Of a stretch of 64,000 nt of DNA, positions 20,807-31,408 are shown piece after piece (the first letter of the stretch is position 1; each line of letters starts with the position of its first letter). This DNA is from an uncultured Chlamydiae bacterium. Its GTDB lineage: Bacteria; Chlamydiota; Chlamydiia; Chlamydiales; Parachlamydiaceae. Under the pieces are notes generated by a model that ran no database searches, had not been told where the DNA came from, and worked only from the letters and a program-made list of their open reading frames with translations. The DNA lies in contig CAWHMU010000039.1 in NCBI GenBank assembly GCA_963830365.1, forward strand, positions 1 through 64,000, given 5' to 3'. Both the position numbers and the translations under genes were made by a program.

Positions 20807-21205
20807 ATGCTCAATTTATCAAGATCATTAGCGTGGTCGGCAGAGGCCGCCTCCTCATACCCAAAAGCTGCCGTGGCTGTAGCTGTGGGTGTCGCTTCTA
20901 GTCCGCTAACACTATGGTTCGCCAGACCATTAATAGGCAGCGCCCTGGCTGCCGTCGGTTCAGTGGCAAAGACATCGGCCGTGGTGGCCGGCTCTATCGG
21001 ATGCATCGCCGCCGGCTATAAAGGAGCTTGCACAATCTACCAGTCTTCACATGAACAATTAAAAGATTATCTCTGGCTAAAGCGCAAATGGAGTCTGGAA
21101 ACGACCGATAATGTCGTAAATAAGATGAAACCTATCATCGCCACAGCCGTCTTTGGCGCCTCCTTTCTTCCCTTGGCCTACCTAACCTATACTTTTAGGA
21201 GCTGA
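20807..21205 (+). CDS. Small hydrophobic hypothetical protein (possibly Inc-like)
   Basis: AAGGA RBS; long Ala/Val/Gly hydrophobic stretch plus C-terminal TM. Confidence 0.6.
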   Translation: MLNLSRSLAWSAEAASSYPKAAVAVAVGVASSPLTLWFARPLIGSALAAVGSVAKTSAVVAGSIGCIAAGYKGACTIYQSSHEQLKDYLWLKRKWSLETTDNVVNKMKPIIATAVFGASFLPLAYLTYTFRS

Positions 21206-21314
21206 GCGACAACTAATGTCTTCAAAAAGGTGTTCACATGGATCAAAAAAATAACCAGCCGCCATATATGAAGGTGCTCTTTGAAACAAATCTGTATGCC
21301 AGTGCTGAAAATCT

Positions 21315-21452
21315 AGCCGCGAATAGCGGCGGCAGCCTGTAGCCACAGGCGACAGCATATTCATGAAACTGGCGCCGTTAGCACGACTTGACGACTTGGA
21401 GTCACAGCCCCAGGCTTACGCCTGCGGCTCCATGCCGCCGCGGCTATTCACG
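21315..21452. repeat. REP-like palindromic element (TGTAGCC family), degenerate
   Basis: AGCCGCGAATAGCGGCGGCAGCCTGTAGCCACAGGCG ... CGCCTGCGGCTCCATGCCGCCGCGGCTATTCACG. Confidence 0.65.
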
Positions 21453-21531
21453 AATGTGTACTACATTTACATACTTACCAATACAAACAGCCAACTAAAA
21501 CCTACCACCAGAAACAGTTTGTAAATAGAAC

Positions 21532-21560
21532 TTGCCTTAGTTGTTACTATTAAATATAAT
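21532..21560 (+). promoter_or_regulatory. Sigma66/sigma70-type promoter for the TPR gene
   Basis: TTGCCT-N17-TATAAT, 35 bp upstream of ATG 21596. Confidence 0.65.
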
Positions 21561-21595
21561 AAAAACGTGTGAATAACAACACATCGGGAGGCTTT

Positions 21596-24500
21596 ATGCC
21601 AACTTCACAAGACTTTTCAAATTCCAGCTACCACCCCTCATGGGAATCACGCGAATTCAATCAAGAACAGTACAAGCAGGAATTGGAGAAGATGAGCGAC
21701 AAAAAAGCCGGCTCCTTTCTTATTTGCGACCACCATTCATTCAAGAGGGTCGGTCTAATCAGTTATATATGGCAAACCATTAAAGGTTGGTTCAACAGCG
21801 AAATTCAAACCAAGCCGATCCAGGTTAACTACGAACTCCTCAAATTTTTACGCACAGGCCAAACCCACCATTTTTTTAATGATGCTGATATTAAAAAACT
21901 TGTCTCCAATCTGCAAACTGAACTCCCCCAAACAAGTCCTTTTGATGAAACTGTTAAAATAATCAAAGAGATTGCCAATGCCCAGTTTACCTCGCTTTCC
22001 AATGCAACCGTAGAAACCGAAATCAACTCCTATTATGCCAAGCACAAATCAGAGCTGGCTGAACCTGCCCTGGTACACCTCTTTCACCGTATCAGCGCGC
22101 CCGTTGCCCCAAATACAGCCGGCGTGAATTATAATCTCGGGCGTATCCATGCCTCTGAAGGAAGGTGGCTGGATGCCATCGGCTGTTTTGAGAAAGCCAT
22201 CGGCATGGACGCCGCTAAACCCGAGTATCAATTCGCCCTGGCCACAAATGCGCTGGCATGTGCTAAAAAGCTATGCATGGCTGGCGAAATACCTAAAACA
22301 CTAAGCTTGTGCGATAAATCCATAAAAACTGCCAATGGCCTGGCCAATGATCCCCTATTCGACGCCGATGCCGAACAGCTGCTCGTTGAAGCTTTTCCGC
22401 TGGCGTGTGCCATCCATGTAAAACAAAACGACGTCAAGACTGCGCTGGCTGTGCTGGACCAAGCGCAAAATAGTGTCAGCCAAACGCAAAGAGATTTGCT
22501 GGCAGCCATTGAAACATTAGGCAGCACGTTCCCTGCATTGGCAGCCACATCCACACAGCAGGCAGCCTTCTATTTAAGCTTGGCCAAACAAGCCCAAGCT
22601 GCCGATAGAAATAAGGCCACCGCCTTCATAGAAAAAGCCATTACTGCCCAGCACTCATCTGAAGCCCATGTGCTGGCTGCGGAATTGTACCTGGCGCAAC
22701 ATAAAACAAGCGAAGCCCTGGCACATGCCAAAAAAGCCCAAGCGCTGTCCTCTTCAGACAACGAGCAAGCCATCATCTATCTCTTATACCGCTGCGGTGA
22801 AAAAGTCGATAGCACTGATAGCAAGGCCATAGAAAAATATAAAATCATCCTGGCAAGCCATCCAAATGATGCAGACAGCCATTTTCAACTTGGCAAACTG
22901 TATTTGGAGGACAACAGGTTGGCTGAGGCCCTTAGCCACCTGAACGAAACACGTAAGCTCGATCCTGCCCACGCCGGTTTGGATGCCTGCCTCGGCCGCC
23001 TATACTTAAAACAAAACGATTTCAAGCAAGCACTGGCAGCCTACGACAGGAATCCGCAGGCCTTTAGCAAAGAGCGCTTTGCTTGCCACGCTATGCTGGC
23101 AACAGACGCCCAAAACAGGCAAGACGTTCCTGCCGCGCTGGCACATTACGAGCAGGCTTTAGCTCTTTCCACAAACTCTAAGGAAATTCCTGCCGATGCC
23201 GACATCCACTTTCAGCTGGGAAAACTCTATCTCCAAGACAACCAACTAGACAAAGCCCTTATTCACCTGAGCGAAACACTTAAGCTGAACCCAAAACATG
23301 CGCAAGCACATGCCTGTCTCGGGCAGCTATATCTGGCCCAAAAAGATTTTGAGAAGGCCCTGGCAGAATATGACATAGCTGCAGCAAGGGATGCACAGGC
23401 TTTCAGCCAAGCCCGTCTGACTTGCCATGTGGCACTGGCTATTGATAGCGCCAAAGCCGTCAAAACAGCACATGACTATGCCTTGATGCTCGATCATTTT
23501 GAAAAGGCTTTAAATTTTTCAAAGGATACTGCTGAGAAGCAAAACATCCTCCTTAGCCTTATCGACAACGACAACTTCCACCTGCCAGCCAATCATCAGA
23601 CGGTCGATGGCTTTGATGAGCAAAATGTGCGCGCCGATCTGCTGATTGAGAAACATCTCGATGAGGCTGATACTGACAATAAACAAATCCTCCTCGACTG
23701 CTATCAGCGTCTGGGTAAGTTTTACAAAGTACGGCATGAACAGGCCCCGGCCATCGCCTACTTCGAAAAAGCCCGCGCCTTAGCGCCAAAAGAGGTGCCT
23801 ATTCTAAAAGCACTGGCAGATCTGCATGCGGCCGCACATAATTTCAGCCTGGCCGAAGACCTCTACAATCAACTGATTGAGCTCGATGCTCGCGATACCG
23901 CCATCTACCGCACGGCGCTGGCTAAGCTACACCTCACCCAAAACAACTTTGCCAAAGGGCTGCAGCAACATCTGGAAATGCTAACACACGCTACCTACAG
24001 CCAGAAAGCCGCCACCGCCGCCGCCATCCTACCACTGGCAAGAAGTCTGTTCGATGCCAACCCTCTGGATGCGCTGCCACTATCAGCTTATAAAAGCATT
24101 CAGCCATACATCGACCAGCTGGACCCCGCAAATCAGAAACTGGATATCCTCACGGCATATATCGCCTTGGCTCAAGACGCAACCCTCACTAACGATAAGC
24201 AGGCAGATGCCTACTACCGCCACGCCGTCAATATTGATCCGACCTTTGCCCCCTGGAAAGCGTCATGGCTGTTTGGTCTCGGCAACCATTATAAAACCCA
24301 TGGCTTAATCGAAAATGCCGCCATGATCTATCGCAAAGTGCATGCCAAATTACTGCTACAGCCTGATGCATGGCTTGATCCGGCAGCCTTCAACAAAAAC
24401 GTCGCCGAGACCGAAATCGCCCTGGGCGACCTGTACTATGCCAAAGGGGTGAATGATAATGCTCTAGTAAAGCAGATGCTGGCAGACTTGGCAGACTATG

Positions 24501-27163
24501 CCGAAAAGTCACAAGCCATCAAAGGCGCCCTCGGTGCCCACATTGGCAAGACCCTCGGCGGCATTCCCCTTGTCGGACGACTGCTGGCCCAAGACAGCTA
24601 TCAGCTGCAGAGTCTTATACAAGGCGCGAAACAGGCTAAAACACCCTATGAATTCGAGGAAAAGGGACTTGCCCTCTGCTCCCTGATGGAAAAAGCCTAC
24701 GACGGCGGAAAAAACCACCTAGCCCGCAAAGATATGCCAGAAGCGCTAGTACAACTGATCCACACTACACGAGAGCAGATCAGCAATAGGCGCGATTACT
24801 ATGGCAAACTGCAACAAAAGACACAAGAGCTTGTCCAGGCGGCCAAGAGCGTTGCCGCTTTCAGTGGCGCGTTTGCCAAGTGGCAGCATATGCCATCTAC
24901 CAAAGACCTTAAGCAGGCCACAGCCAGCGAGAAAAAAGCCCACGAAGCCTTAAAACTCATCGACCAAGTTATACAGTCATCGGCTGAAGCTAAAGAAGTC
25001 CCTAAAGCGCCACCAGCCCTGCAAGAAAGCCTTAAAGACCTACGCGACTTCCTCACTCCTCAAGCCTGGAACCATCTGGCCATCGCCCATTACAAACAAA
25101 GCACCCGCGATCATGCCGCCGTCGTCGTCAAACTGCTCGACCATGGTCAGAAATTGATCGATGATAAGCAATGGCAGATGGCTTTTGACACCTATCAAAA
25201 TGCCCTGCCATTTTTGACAGAATCGGACAAGACACCCCAGCTTTTGAAAAATTTCGGGATGGCAGCGCGCGAAGCCGGGAAACTTACAGAAGCTGTGGCG
25301 TATCTACAAAAGGCCATCGCTATCCAGCAGGCAGAAAAATTGCCTGAAGATGCCACGCTGCACTATGAATTAGCCAAAACCTTCAATGCCCAAAAAGACT
25401 TTGATAAAACTTTGCAACACTTGATACGAGCTGATGCGCTGGATTTCAACCCCTACATCGGCAAGGCCGACACCTATAAACGCGATCTTTACCAAGCCCA
25501 ACTTGCTGTCGGCAACCAAAAATATGCAAGGGCTATACTGGAACTCCAACACCAAAAGCTCCAAGATAAAATCAAAGACACACAAACAACTCTGGATGAA
25601 TTAAAAACATCTATCAAGCGGGATCTGTCTAAAATACAAATCGGCCTGGACCCCTTCTCAGCTAAATATCAAAGCCACAGTTTGTCATTCGATACCAGAA
25701 CACTGATGAATGTCTTAGAACAGCCTGCCAGTAACGCCTTGGAACTCCATCAACATGCTATGCTAATTATTAAACTCCTCAACAAAGCCCGTTACAAAGA
25801 CAACAACATAGATCTCCTGAAAATTAAACTACCAGAACTGCTTGAGGCCTATAGCACTTTTGAAAAAACCCCTAAACAACCACTTACCCCTCCCATTAAA
25901 GATCCAAATGAGTTGCTTGGGGAGGCTTTCAACCATTATTCTGCCGCCTATAAGCTCAATGATGCAGAGCATGTAGAATACTTCAACAAATGGATTGACA
26001 CCGCCGTGAAACTTGGCAAACATGACGGAGCCGTTAAACTACATAACATACTCAAAGCAAAATACCCACAGGCAAACCTAGTGCTCGAATCAAAAGCCTA
26101 CCAAACCCCAATGGATAAGTTCTTGCAAGAGAAGGAATATGGTAAAGCCCTCTCATTTATCGACACTGCCATCCAGGCCTTTCCGGCCGAGGTAGAGCTT
26201 AAAAAGCAAAAGAGCCATTTATACGTTTTGCTAGCTCAGGATGCTGTTAAAAAAGGGGCTGAAGCGGCCCGCATCAGCGCTTCCTTAGCCCCGCTAGAAA
26301 ATATCTGTCTACAAGCGGTTAATGAATTTAACATCGCTCAAAAGCGCAACTTACCCAACCTCACCCAAAAACGCACCGCCGCAGTTGAGGCGCAGAATAA
26401 ATGGAAGGCTGCCAAGGAGAAATTGGCGCTTGAGAATGAAAATAAAGAGAAGTATTATAACGAAGCTGCGGATTTTTACGTAAAAGCCCAAGGCTGCGGC
26501 GTTACCCCAGAGGTTGCCTGCTACAGCGGGCTGGGCGCTCTGTATGCCAAAGCTTGCCTTGAGGAAGATGCCGATTTTTGGCGTCAGGCCATAGACGCAT
26601 ATAAAGAGGCATGCAAACTCGATCCAAAAAACAGCGCCTATCCATATAGTATCGGAGAGTTACTAGCTGAACACTTGGGAAAACATGCCTACTTGCCATT
26701 TGTAGATGAAGACCCCATCAACTATCTGCAAGCAGCCGTCAAAATAGACCAAAAAAATGAGCAATATCTTACACTCTTGCTCTCGCTTGCGCGGAATGGT
26801 ACGGTCAGAAGAGCTTTTAACCACGACGACTCAGAATTTGTCACTGCTCAAGCTGAAATGGATAACATTACAGCTAAAAAGGGTGCGGCTGCACAAAATC
26901 CTGCACCTGTTACACAAATACCTTTAGATATGTACCAAGAGGCAAAATCGCAGCACGGAGAAGGACAGGATGCAGGTGATGCCGGTTACGACCAAGGTAG
27001 TGTTTCGGACAGAGGACAAGCCAGTGGGGAAAAACAAGCGTCAACAGACCTAAGGAATGAAAGTAATACGGCTGGCTTGGAATTTACAGACGAAGAACTG
27101 CAAAACGAACTCGATGCATTGGAAAATGAATTCAAAAATCCGGATAATGATGATAAACTGTAA
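21596..27163 (+). CDS. Very large TPR-repeat protein, candidate effector
   Basis: Many TPR-like units (e.g. HFQLGKLYL...A..HL.....L.P); internal duplication; acidic tail; GGAGG RBS before ATG 21596. Confidence 0.85.
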   Translation: MPTSQDFSNSSYHPSWESREFNQEQYKQELEKMSDKKAGSFLICDHHSFKRVGLISYIWQTIKGWFNSEIQTKPIQVNYELLKFLRTGQTHHFFNDADIKKLVSNLQTELPQTSPFDETVKIIKEIANAQFTSLSNATVETEINSYYAKHKSELAEPALVHLFHRISAPVAPNTAGVNYNLGRIHASEGRWLDAIGCFEKAIGMDAAKPEYQFALATNALACAKKLCMAGEIPKTLSLCDKSIKTANGLANDPLFDADAEQLLVEAFPLACAIHVKQNDVKTALAVLDQAQNSVSQTQRDLLAAIETLGSTFPALAATSTQQAAFYLSLAKQAQAADRNKATAFIEKAITAQHSSEAHVLAAELYLAQHKTSEALAHAKKAQALSSSDNEQAIIYLLYRCGEKVDSTDSKAIEKYKIILASHPNDADSHFQLGKLYLEDNRLAEALSHLNETRKLDPAHAGLDACLGRLYLKQNDFKQALAAYDRNPQAFSKERFACHAMLATDAQNRQDVPAALAHYEQALALSTNSKEIPADADIHFQLGKLYLQDNQLDKALIHLSETLKLNPKHAQAHACLGQLYLAQKDFEKALAEYDIAAARDAQAFSQARLTCHVALAIDSAKAVKTAHDYALMLDHFEKALNFSKDTAEKQNILLSLIDNDNFHLPANHQTVDGFDEQNVRADLLIEKHLDEADTDNKQILLDCYQRLGKFYKVRHEQAPAIAYFEKARALAPKEVPILKALADLHAAAHNFSLAEDLYNQLIELDARDTAIYRTALAKLHLTQNNFAKGLQQHLEMLTHATYSQKAATAAAILPLARSLFDANPLDALPLSAYKSIQPYIDQLDPANQKLDILTAYIALAQDATLTNDKQADAYYRHAVNIDPTFAPWKASWLFGLGNHYKTHGLIENAAMIYRKVHAKLLLQPDAWLDPAAFNKNVAETEIALGDLYYAKGVNDNALVKQMLADLADYAEKSQAIKGALGAHIGKTLGGIPLVGRLLAQDSYQLQSLIQGAKQAKTPYEFEEKGLALCSLMEKAYDGGKNHLARKDMPEALVQLIHTTREQISNRRDYYGKLQQKTQELVQAAKSVAAFSGAFAKWQHMPSTKDLKQATASEKKAHEALKLIDQVIQSSAEAKEVPKAPPALQESLKDLRDFLTPQAWNHLAIAHYKQSTRDHAAVVVKLLDHGQKLIDDKQWQMAFDTYQNALPFLTESDKTPQLLKNFGMAAREAGKLTEAVAYLQKAIAIQQAEKLPEDATLHYELAKTFNAQKDFDKTLQHLIRADALDFNPYIGKADTYKRDLYQAQLAVGNQKYARAILELQHQKLQDKIKDTQTTLDELKTSIKRDLSKIQIGLDPFSAKYQSHSLSFDTRTLMNVLEQPASNALELHQHAMLIIKLLNKARYKDNNIDLLKIKLPELLEAYSTFEKTPKQPLTPPIKDPNELLGEAFNHYSAAYKLNDAEHVEYFNKWIDTAVKLGKHDGAVKLHNILKAKYPQANLVLESKAYQTPMDKFLQEKEYGKALSFIDTAIQAFPAEVELKKQKSHLYVLLAQDAVKKGAEAARISASLAPLENICLQAVNEFNIAQKRNLPNLTQKRTAAVEAQNKWKAAKEKLALENENKEKYYNEAADFYVKAQGCGVTPEVACYSGLGALYAKACLEEDADFWRQAIDAYKEACKLDPKNSAYPYSIGELLAEHLGKHAYLPFVDEDPINYLQAAVKIDQKNEQYLTLLLSLARNGTVRRAFNHDDSEFVTAQAEMDNITAKKGAAAQNPAPVTQIPLDMYQEAKSQHGEGQDAGDAGYDQGSVSDRGQASGEKQASTDLRNESNTAGLEFTDEELQNELDALENEFKNPDNDDKL

Positions 27164-27168
27164 GGATC

Positions 27169-28223
27169 ATGCGCTGCATCTTTCATATCGACATGGACGC
27201 TTTCTTCGCTTCGGTGGAGATCGTCCGCAATCCCGCACTAAAAGGCAAACCCGTTATCGTCGGCGGCCGCCCCGACAGGCGCGGCGTCGTCTCTACCTGT
27301 TCCTATGAGGCCCGCAAATTCGGCATCCATTCCGCCATGGCGCTAAGCGAAGCCTACCGCTTGTGCCCTCATGGCGTCTTCCTCGATGTCGATTTCCCTC
27401 TCTACCGCGCCTATTCAGACAAAGTCTTCGACATCTTTTACCAGCATACCCCCTTTGTCGAAGTCGTCAGCGTCGATGAGGCTTACCTCGATGTTACCGC
27501 AGCCATCACGGGCGGCATCACCCCAAAAGACCTCGCCATCGCCATCCACGAGCAGGTCTTTGAGGCAACCAAACTCACCTGCTCCATCGGCATCGCCCAG
27601 AATAAGCTCGTCTCCAAAATCGCTGCCGGCAAAGCCAAACCCAACGGCATCATGTATGTGCTGCCCGGCACAGAAATGGCCTTCCTGGCTCCCCTACCCA
27701 TCCAACATCTTCCAGGCGTTGGCGCCAAGACGCAAATCATCCTCAACCGCGAAGGCTTGCATACCGTCGCCGACATCCAGAAATTCTCCATCGACCAGCT
27801 CATCCAGCAGCACGGCAGCTGGGGCTACCACTACTATTTCGCCGCCCGCGGCGAGGACAACCGTCCCGTCTCATGGGAATCCCACCCCCCAAATCCATCG
27901 GCGCCGAGACGACATTTGAAACGGACCAGACCGATCTTGCGCTGCTGCATGCCGAACTACAAAACCTTGTCCAGAAAGCCCACCGCCGCCTGCGCGCCCA
28001 TAAGATGCGCACCAAGCGCATCAATATAAAGCTGCGCTACAGCAGCTTCAAGACCATCTCGCGCTCGCATACCCTGACCACCCATATCAACGATGTAAGC
28101 GCGATCCAAAGCGCCGTCATGGAACTCTTCAGCTGCCACTATCCCGGGCACCCTCCCTTGCGCCTCATCGGCGTCTCGCTGGAACAGCTCACCGACTCCT
28201 ACTGGCAACCGACGCTCTTTTGA
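27169..28223 (+). pseudogene. dinB: DNA polymerase IV, split by a -1 frameshift at C6 run 27885-27890 (pseudogene, sequencing error or recoding)
   Basis: HIDMDAFFASVE, CSYEARKFG, SVDEAY, KPNG in the first frame; KSIGAETTF...IKLRYSSF...LRLIGV little-finger domain in the -1 frame. Confidence 0.85.
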
Positions 28224-28272
28224 AATAATATGGAAGTGGTGGTGCGAATCTGCCTGTCAAATCTGGCACAAG

Positions 28273-28755
28273 TTAACCACAGAGGCACAGAGACAAAGAG
28301 AAAGCTCAGCCTGTTGCAATTATCCGTAATATAAATGGGAGGTAAACGTCAAATCTAGACATATTGTCAGCAGCCACCCCCGGATGAGGGTGAGGGCATG
28401 TAGCCCAGGGCAAGCGGCTGCGCAGCCCTGGGTGTTTTTTGTAAATAATGCACCCCTGAAAGGGGTGCGGGCCTGTATTTAACTAAATATCAGGGAGATA
28501 AAAAGAATTGAATATAGTAAAAGATATCTCTAGATATGGGTAGGGCCCGCCCCCCTTTTCAGGGGTGCGTCATCGAACCATAAGTTACCCAGGGCTGCGC
28601 AGCCGCTTGCCCTGGGCTACATGCCCTCATCCCTATCCAGGGGTGGCTGTCAATACGTCTAGATTTGACGCTTACAGCGGTGGTGCGTGCGCTGAATTTT
28701 TAAAATCAGACGATTACCGCGCATCCTCTCTGTGTCTCTGTGCCTCTGTGGTTAA
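28273..28755. repeat. CACAGAG-type inverted-repeat element enclosing a REP/MITE-like palindrome
   Basis: TTAACCACAGAGGCACAGAGACAAAGAG / CTCTCTGTGTCTCTGTGCCTCTGTGGTTAA outer arms. Confidence 0.85.
28342..28675. mobile_element. Non-autonomous REP/MITE-like element with ~130-bp inverted arms
   Basis: Arm GTAAACGTCAAATCTAGAC...GCATGTAGCCCAGGGCAAGCGGCTGCGCAGCCCTGGG...CACCCCTGAAAGGGG mirrored at 28542-28675; AT-rich core; no transposase. Confidence 0.7.
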
Positions 28756-28785
28756 TTTGTGCGGTTTTGCAGACCAGAACATCGG

Positions 28786-29862
28786 TTACCAGTAGATGAG
28801 GCCTTTGCGGACCATGAGTTCAGCGCACAGGATGGCGCCGCCGGCGGCGCCGCGGATGGTATTGTGGGAGAGGAGGGTGAATTTGTAGTCGTACAGCGAA
28901 CAAGCGCGCAGGCGGCCGATAGAGATGCTCATCCCCCTGTCGAGCAGGCGGTGGAGCTTCGGCTGGGGGAAATTCGGCTCTGCGAAATAATGAATGGGCT
29001 GTTTTGGCGCCAGATGCAGCGCCAGCGGCTGGACCTCGCCGCTGAAGGACTGCCAAGCCTCAATAACTTCTTCCGGTTTCGGTTTAGCTTTCAGCTTGAT
29101 CGAGACGCATGCGGTATGGCCGTCGGATACCGGCACGCGGTTGCACTGGGCGCTGATGACGATAGCTGCATTTTCGATGGTGCCGCCATGGCATTTTCCG
29201 AGAATTTTAAGAGGTTCCTGCTCAACCTTTTGTTCTTCGCCACTGATGTAGGGAATGACATTATCCAAAATGTCCATGCTGGCAACGCCCGGGTAGCCGG
29301 CGCCTGAGATAGCCTGCATAGTGACGACATGCACCGCATCGATGCCGAAATTGTCATATAACGGCTTAAGAGCTATCGTCAAGCCTATTGCAGTACAGTT
29401 TGGATTTGTAATGATCTTGCCTCGGCCATAGCATTGTCCTTTAAGCAGCTCAAGGTGGCTGCTGTTGACCTCAGGGATAATCAGCGGCACATCGGCCTGC
29501 ATGCGGTGATGGCTGGAATTGGAAATGACCACACAGCCCGATTCGGCAACGAGTTTCTCGATGGTGCCCGCCACATTGGAATCCAGCGCCGAGAAGGCGA
29601 TGACGGCAGAGCTTTTAGCGCTGCATGGCTGCACCACGAGCTTGCCGATATCGGCTGATAGGGGCGTTGCCATGAGCCAATTTACGGCCGCGGCATAGCT
29701 TTTACCGACCGAGCGTTCCGAAGCACCAAGGAAGACAATCTCAAACCAAGGATGGTGGGAAAGCATCTCGACAAAGCGCTGTCCGACGCTGCCGGTGGCT
29801 CCCAGGATGGCGACAGGGATCTTCTCGCGATTCTGAAATTCATAGCTCATCAGCAGCGGCAT
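28786..29862 (-). CDS. asd: Aspartate-semialdehyde dehydrogenase
   Basis: GATGSVGQ, IPEVN, NPNC catalytic Cys, QAISGAG, CNRVPV..GH, HNTIRGAAG. Confidence 0.97.
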   Translation of the reverse strand: MPLLMSYEFQNREKIPVAILGATGSVGQRFVEMLSHHPWFEIVFLGASERSVGKSYAAAVNWLMATPLSADIGKLVVQPCSAKSSAVIAFSALDSNVAGTIEKLVAESGCVVISNSSHHRMQADVPLIIPEVNSSHLELLKGQCYGRGKIITNPNCTAIGLTIALKPLYDNFGIDAVHVVTMQAISGAGYPGVASMDILDNVIPYISGEEQKVEQEPLKILGKCHGGTIENAAIVISAQCNRVPVSDGHTACVSIKLKAKPKPEEVIEAWQSFSGEVQPLALHLAPKQPIHYFAEPNFPQPKLHRLLDRGMSISIGRLRACSLYDYKFTLLSHNTIRGAAGGAILCAELMVRKGLIYW

Positions 29863-29889
29863 AGCCTGTCCTTATATAAATTCTGTCGG

Positions 29890-31371
29890 TTACAAACCTT
29901 CCAGCAGTGCTACTAGCAAGCGCACGCCGATGCCTGTGGCATGCTTGGGCAGATAGCGCCTGGCCTCTGCAACATAGGCCGTGCCGGCCACGTCCAGATG
30001 CACCCACGGCGTCTTGCCCACAAACTCCTGCAAAAAGAGCGCCGCTTTGATGCTGCCGCCCGGCCGGCCACCGGTACTCTTGATGTCGGCGACATCCGAT
30101 TTAAGCGCTTCCTTGTAGTCCTCGTGCAGTGGCAGGCGCCAGACGAACTCTCCCGTCTCGCTGGCGAAACCCGTCAACAAATGTGCCAGCGCGTCATTAT
30201 TTGAAAACAAGCCGCTGAAATCATTGCCAAGCGCTATTTCAATAGCCCCCGTCAGCGTAGCGATATCGATGATACGCGAAGGTTTGAGCTTATCCACCGC
30301 ATAGCCGAGCGCATCTGCCAGCACCAGACGCCCTTCGGCGTCGGTATTGCCGATTTCGACACTCTTGCCGGTATAGCCGATATAGACATCGCCGGGCTTA
30401 TAGCTTCCGGAGCCGATGCTGTTTTCGGTGGCGCCGATGACGGCGGTGACATTGACTTTCAATTCCAGGGCGGCAGCCGCATGGATGACACCAAGGACGG
30501 TGGCGGCGCCTGCCATATCGCATTTCATATCTTCCATGCCGCCGGTGGGCTTTAGATTCAAGCCGCCGGTATCGAAAGTGATACCCTTGCCCACCAGCAC
30601 CGTATGGTCGGTGGATTTCGAATTTCCCTTGTACTCTACAATGATGAAGGCGGGATCGATATGAGAGCCGCGGTTGACGGCAAGCAGCAAGCCCATCTTT
30701 TCTTTTTCGATGCGCTTCTTGTCAAATACCGTAGTCTTGACATGCTTGGCCGTCTTCTCCAGCCCCCTAGCCACAGCCGCCAGGTGCTGCGGTGTGACAT
30801 CATCGGCATTGCCATTCACAAGGTCGCGCACCATATTAACGGATTCGCATAGGGTGGCGCATTTTTGCGCGATGGCGATTTCTTTCTTTTCTATACCGAT
30901 CAAGGAAATCTTTTCCAATACCGCAGGCTCATTGTCCTTAAGCGCATGCTGCTTAAGGGCCGTAAAAGCATAGTTTGGCAGCAGCAGGCCGTCCATGATG
31001 CTGCGTATCAAATCCTCTTTGGCAAGCGCTGCGCCTTCCGGTATGAGAAGGTTGATTTCCTTGATCTTTTTTTTATGACATGTCTTGGTGATGTGTGCAT
31101 AACTTTTGCGCAGCTTCTCTGCCGTCAATCCCCCTTGTGAACCAAGCCCGAGCAAGGCAAGCCGCGCCTCGGGATGTCCTGTGACATAGTGCAGCAGCAA
31201 CTCGCCATCCTTGCCATGGAAATCGCCGCTGGCAAGCGGTCCAGCCAGCAAGTCTTTAAACGGCTTGATGTCGGCCGCAGCTTCAGCATGGTTTTTTCCC
31301 TGCCAAAATGGAATAACAAGCAACCCTGCACGTTTACGTGCACTTAATGAAGAAATGACAGCAATATCCAT
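29890..31371 (-). CDS. pepA: Leucyl aminopeptidase (M17)
   Basis: VGKGITFDTGG, MKCDMAGAA, NTDAEGRL, ATLTGA, WVHLDVAG. Confidence 0.97.
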   Translation of the reverse strand: MDIAVISSLSARKRAGLLVIPFWQGKNHAEAAADIKPFKDLLAGPLASGDFHGKDGELLLHYVTGHPEARLALLGLGSQGGLTAEKLRKSYAHITKTCHKKKIKEINLLIPEGAALAKEDLIRSIMDGLLLPNYAFTALKQHALKDNEPAVLEKISLIGIEKKEIAIAQKCATLCESVNMVRDLVNGNADDVTPQHLAAVARGLEKTAKHVKTTVFDKKRIEKEKMGLLLAVNRGSHIDPAFIIVEYKGNSKSTDHTVLVGKGITFDTGGLNLKPTGGMEDMKCDMAGAATVLGVIHAAAALELKVNVTAVIGATENSIGSGSYKPGDVYIGYTGKSVEIGNTDAEGRLVLADALGYAVDKLKPSRIIDIATLTGAIEIALGNDFSGLFSNNDALAHLLTGFASETGEFVWRLPLHEDYKEALKSDVADIKSTGGRPGGSIKAALFLQEFVGKTPWVHLDVAGTAYVAEARRYLPKHATGIGVRLLVALLEGL

Positions 31372-31408
31372 AACGCGTTGTCTCCGATTAATAGATGATC
31401 GTATTTAG

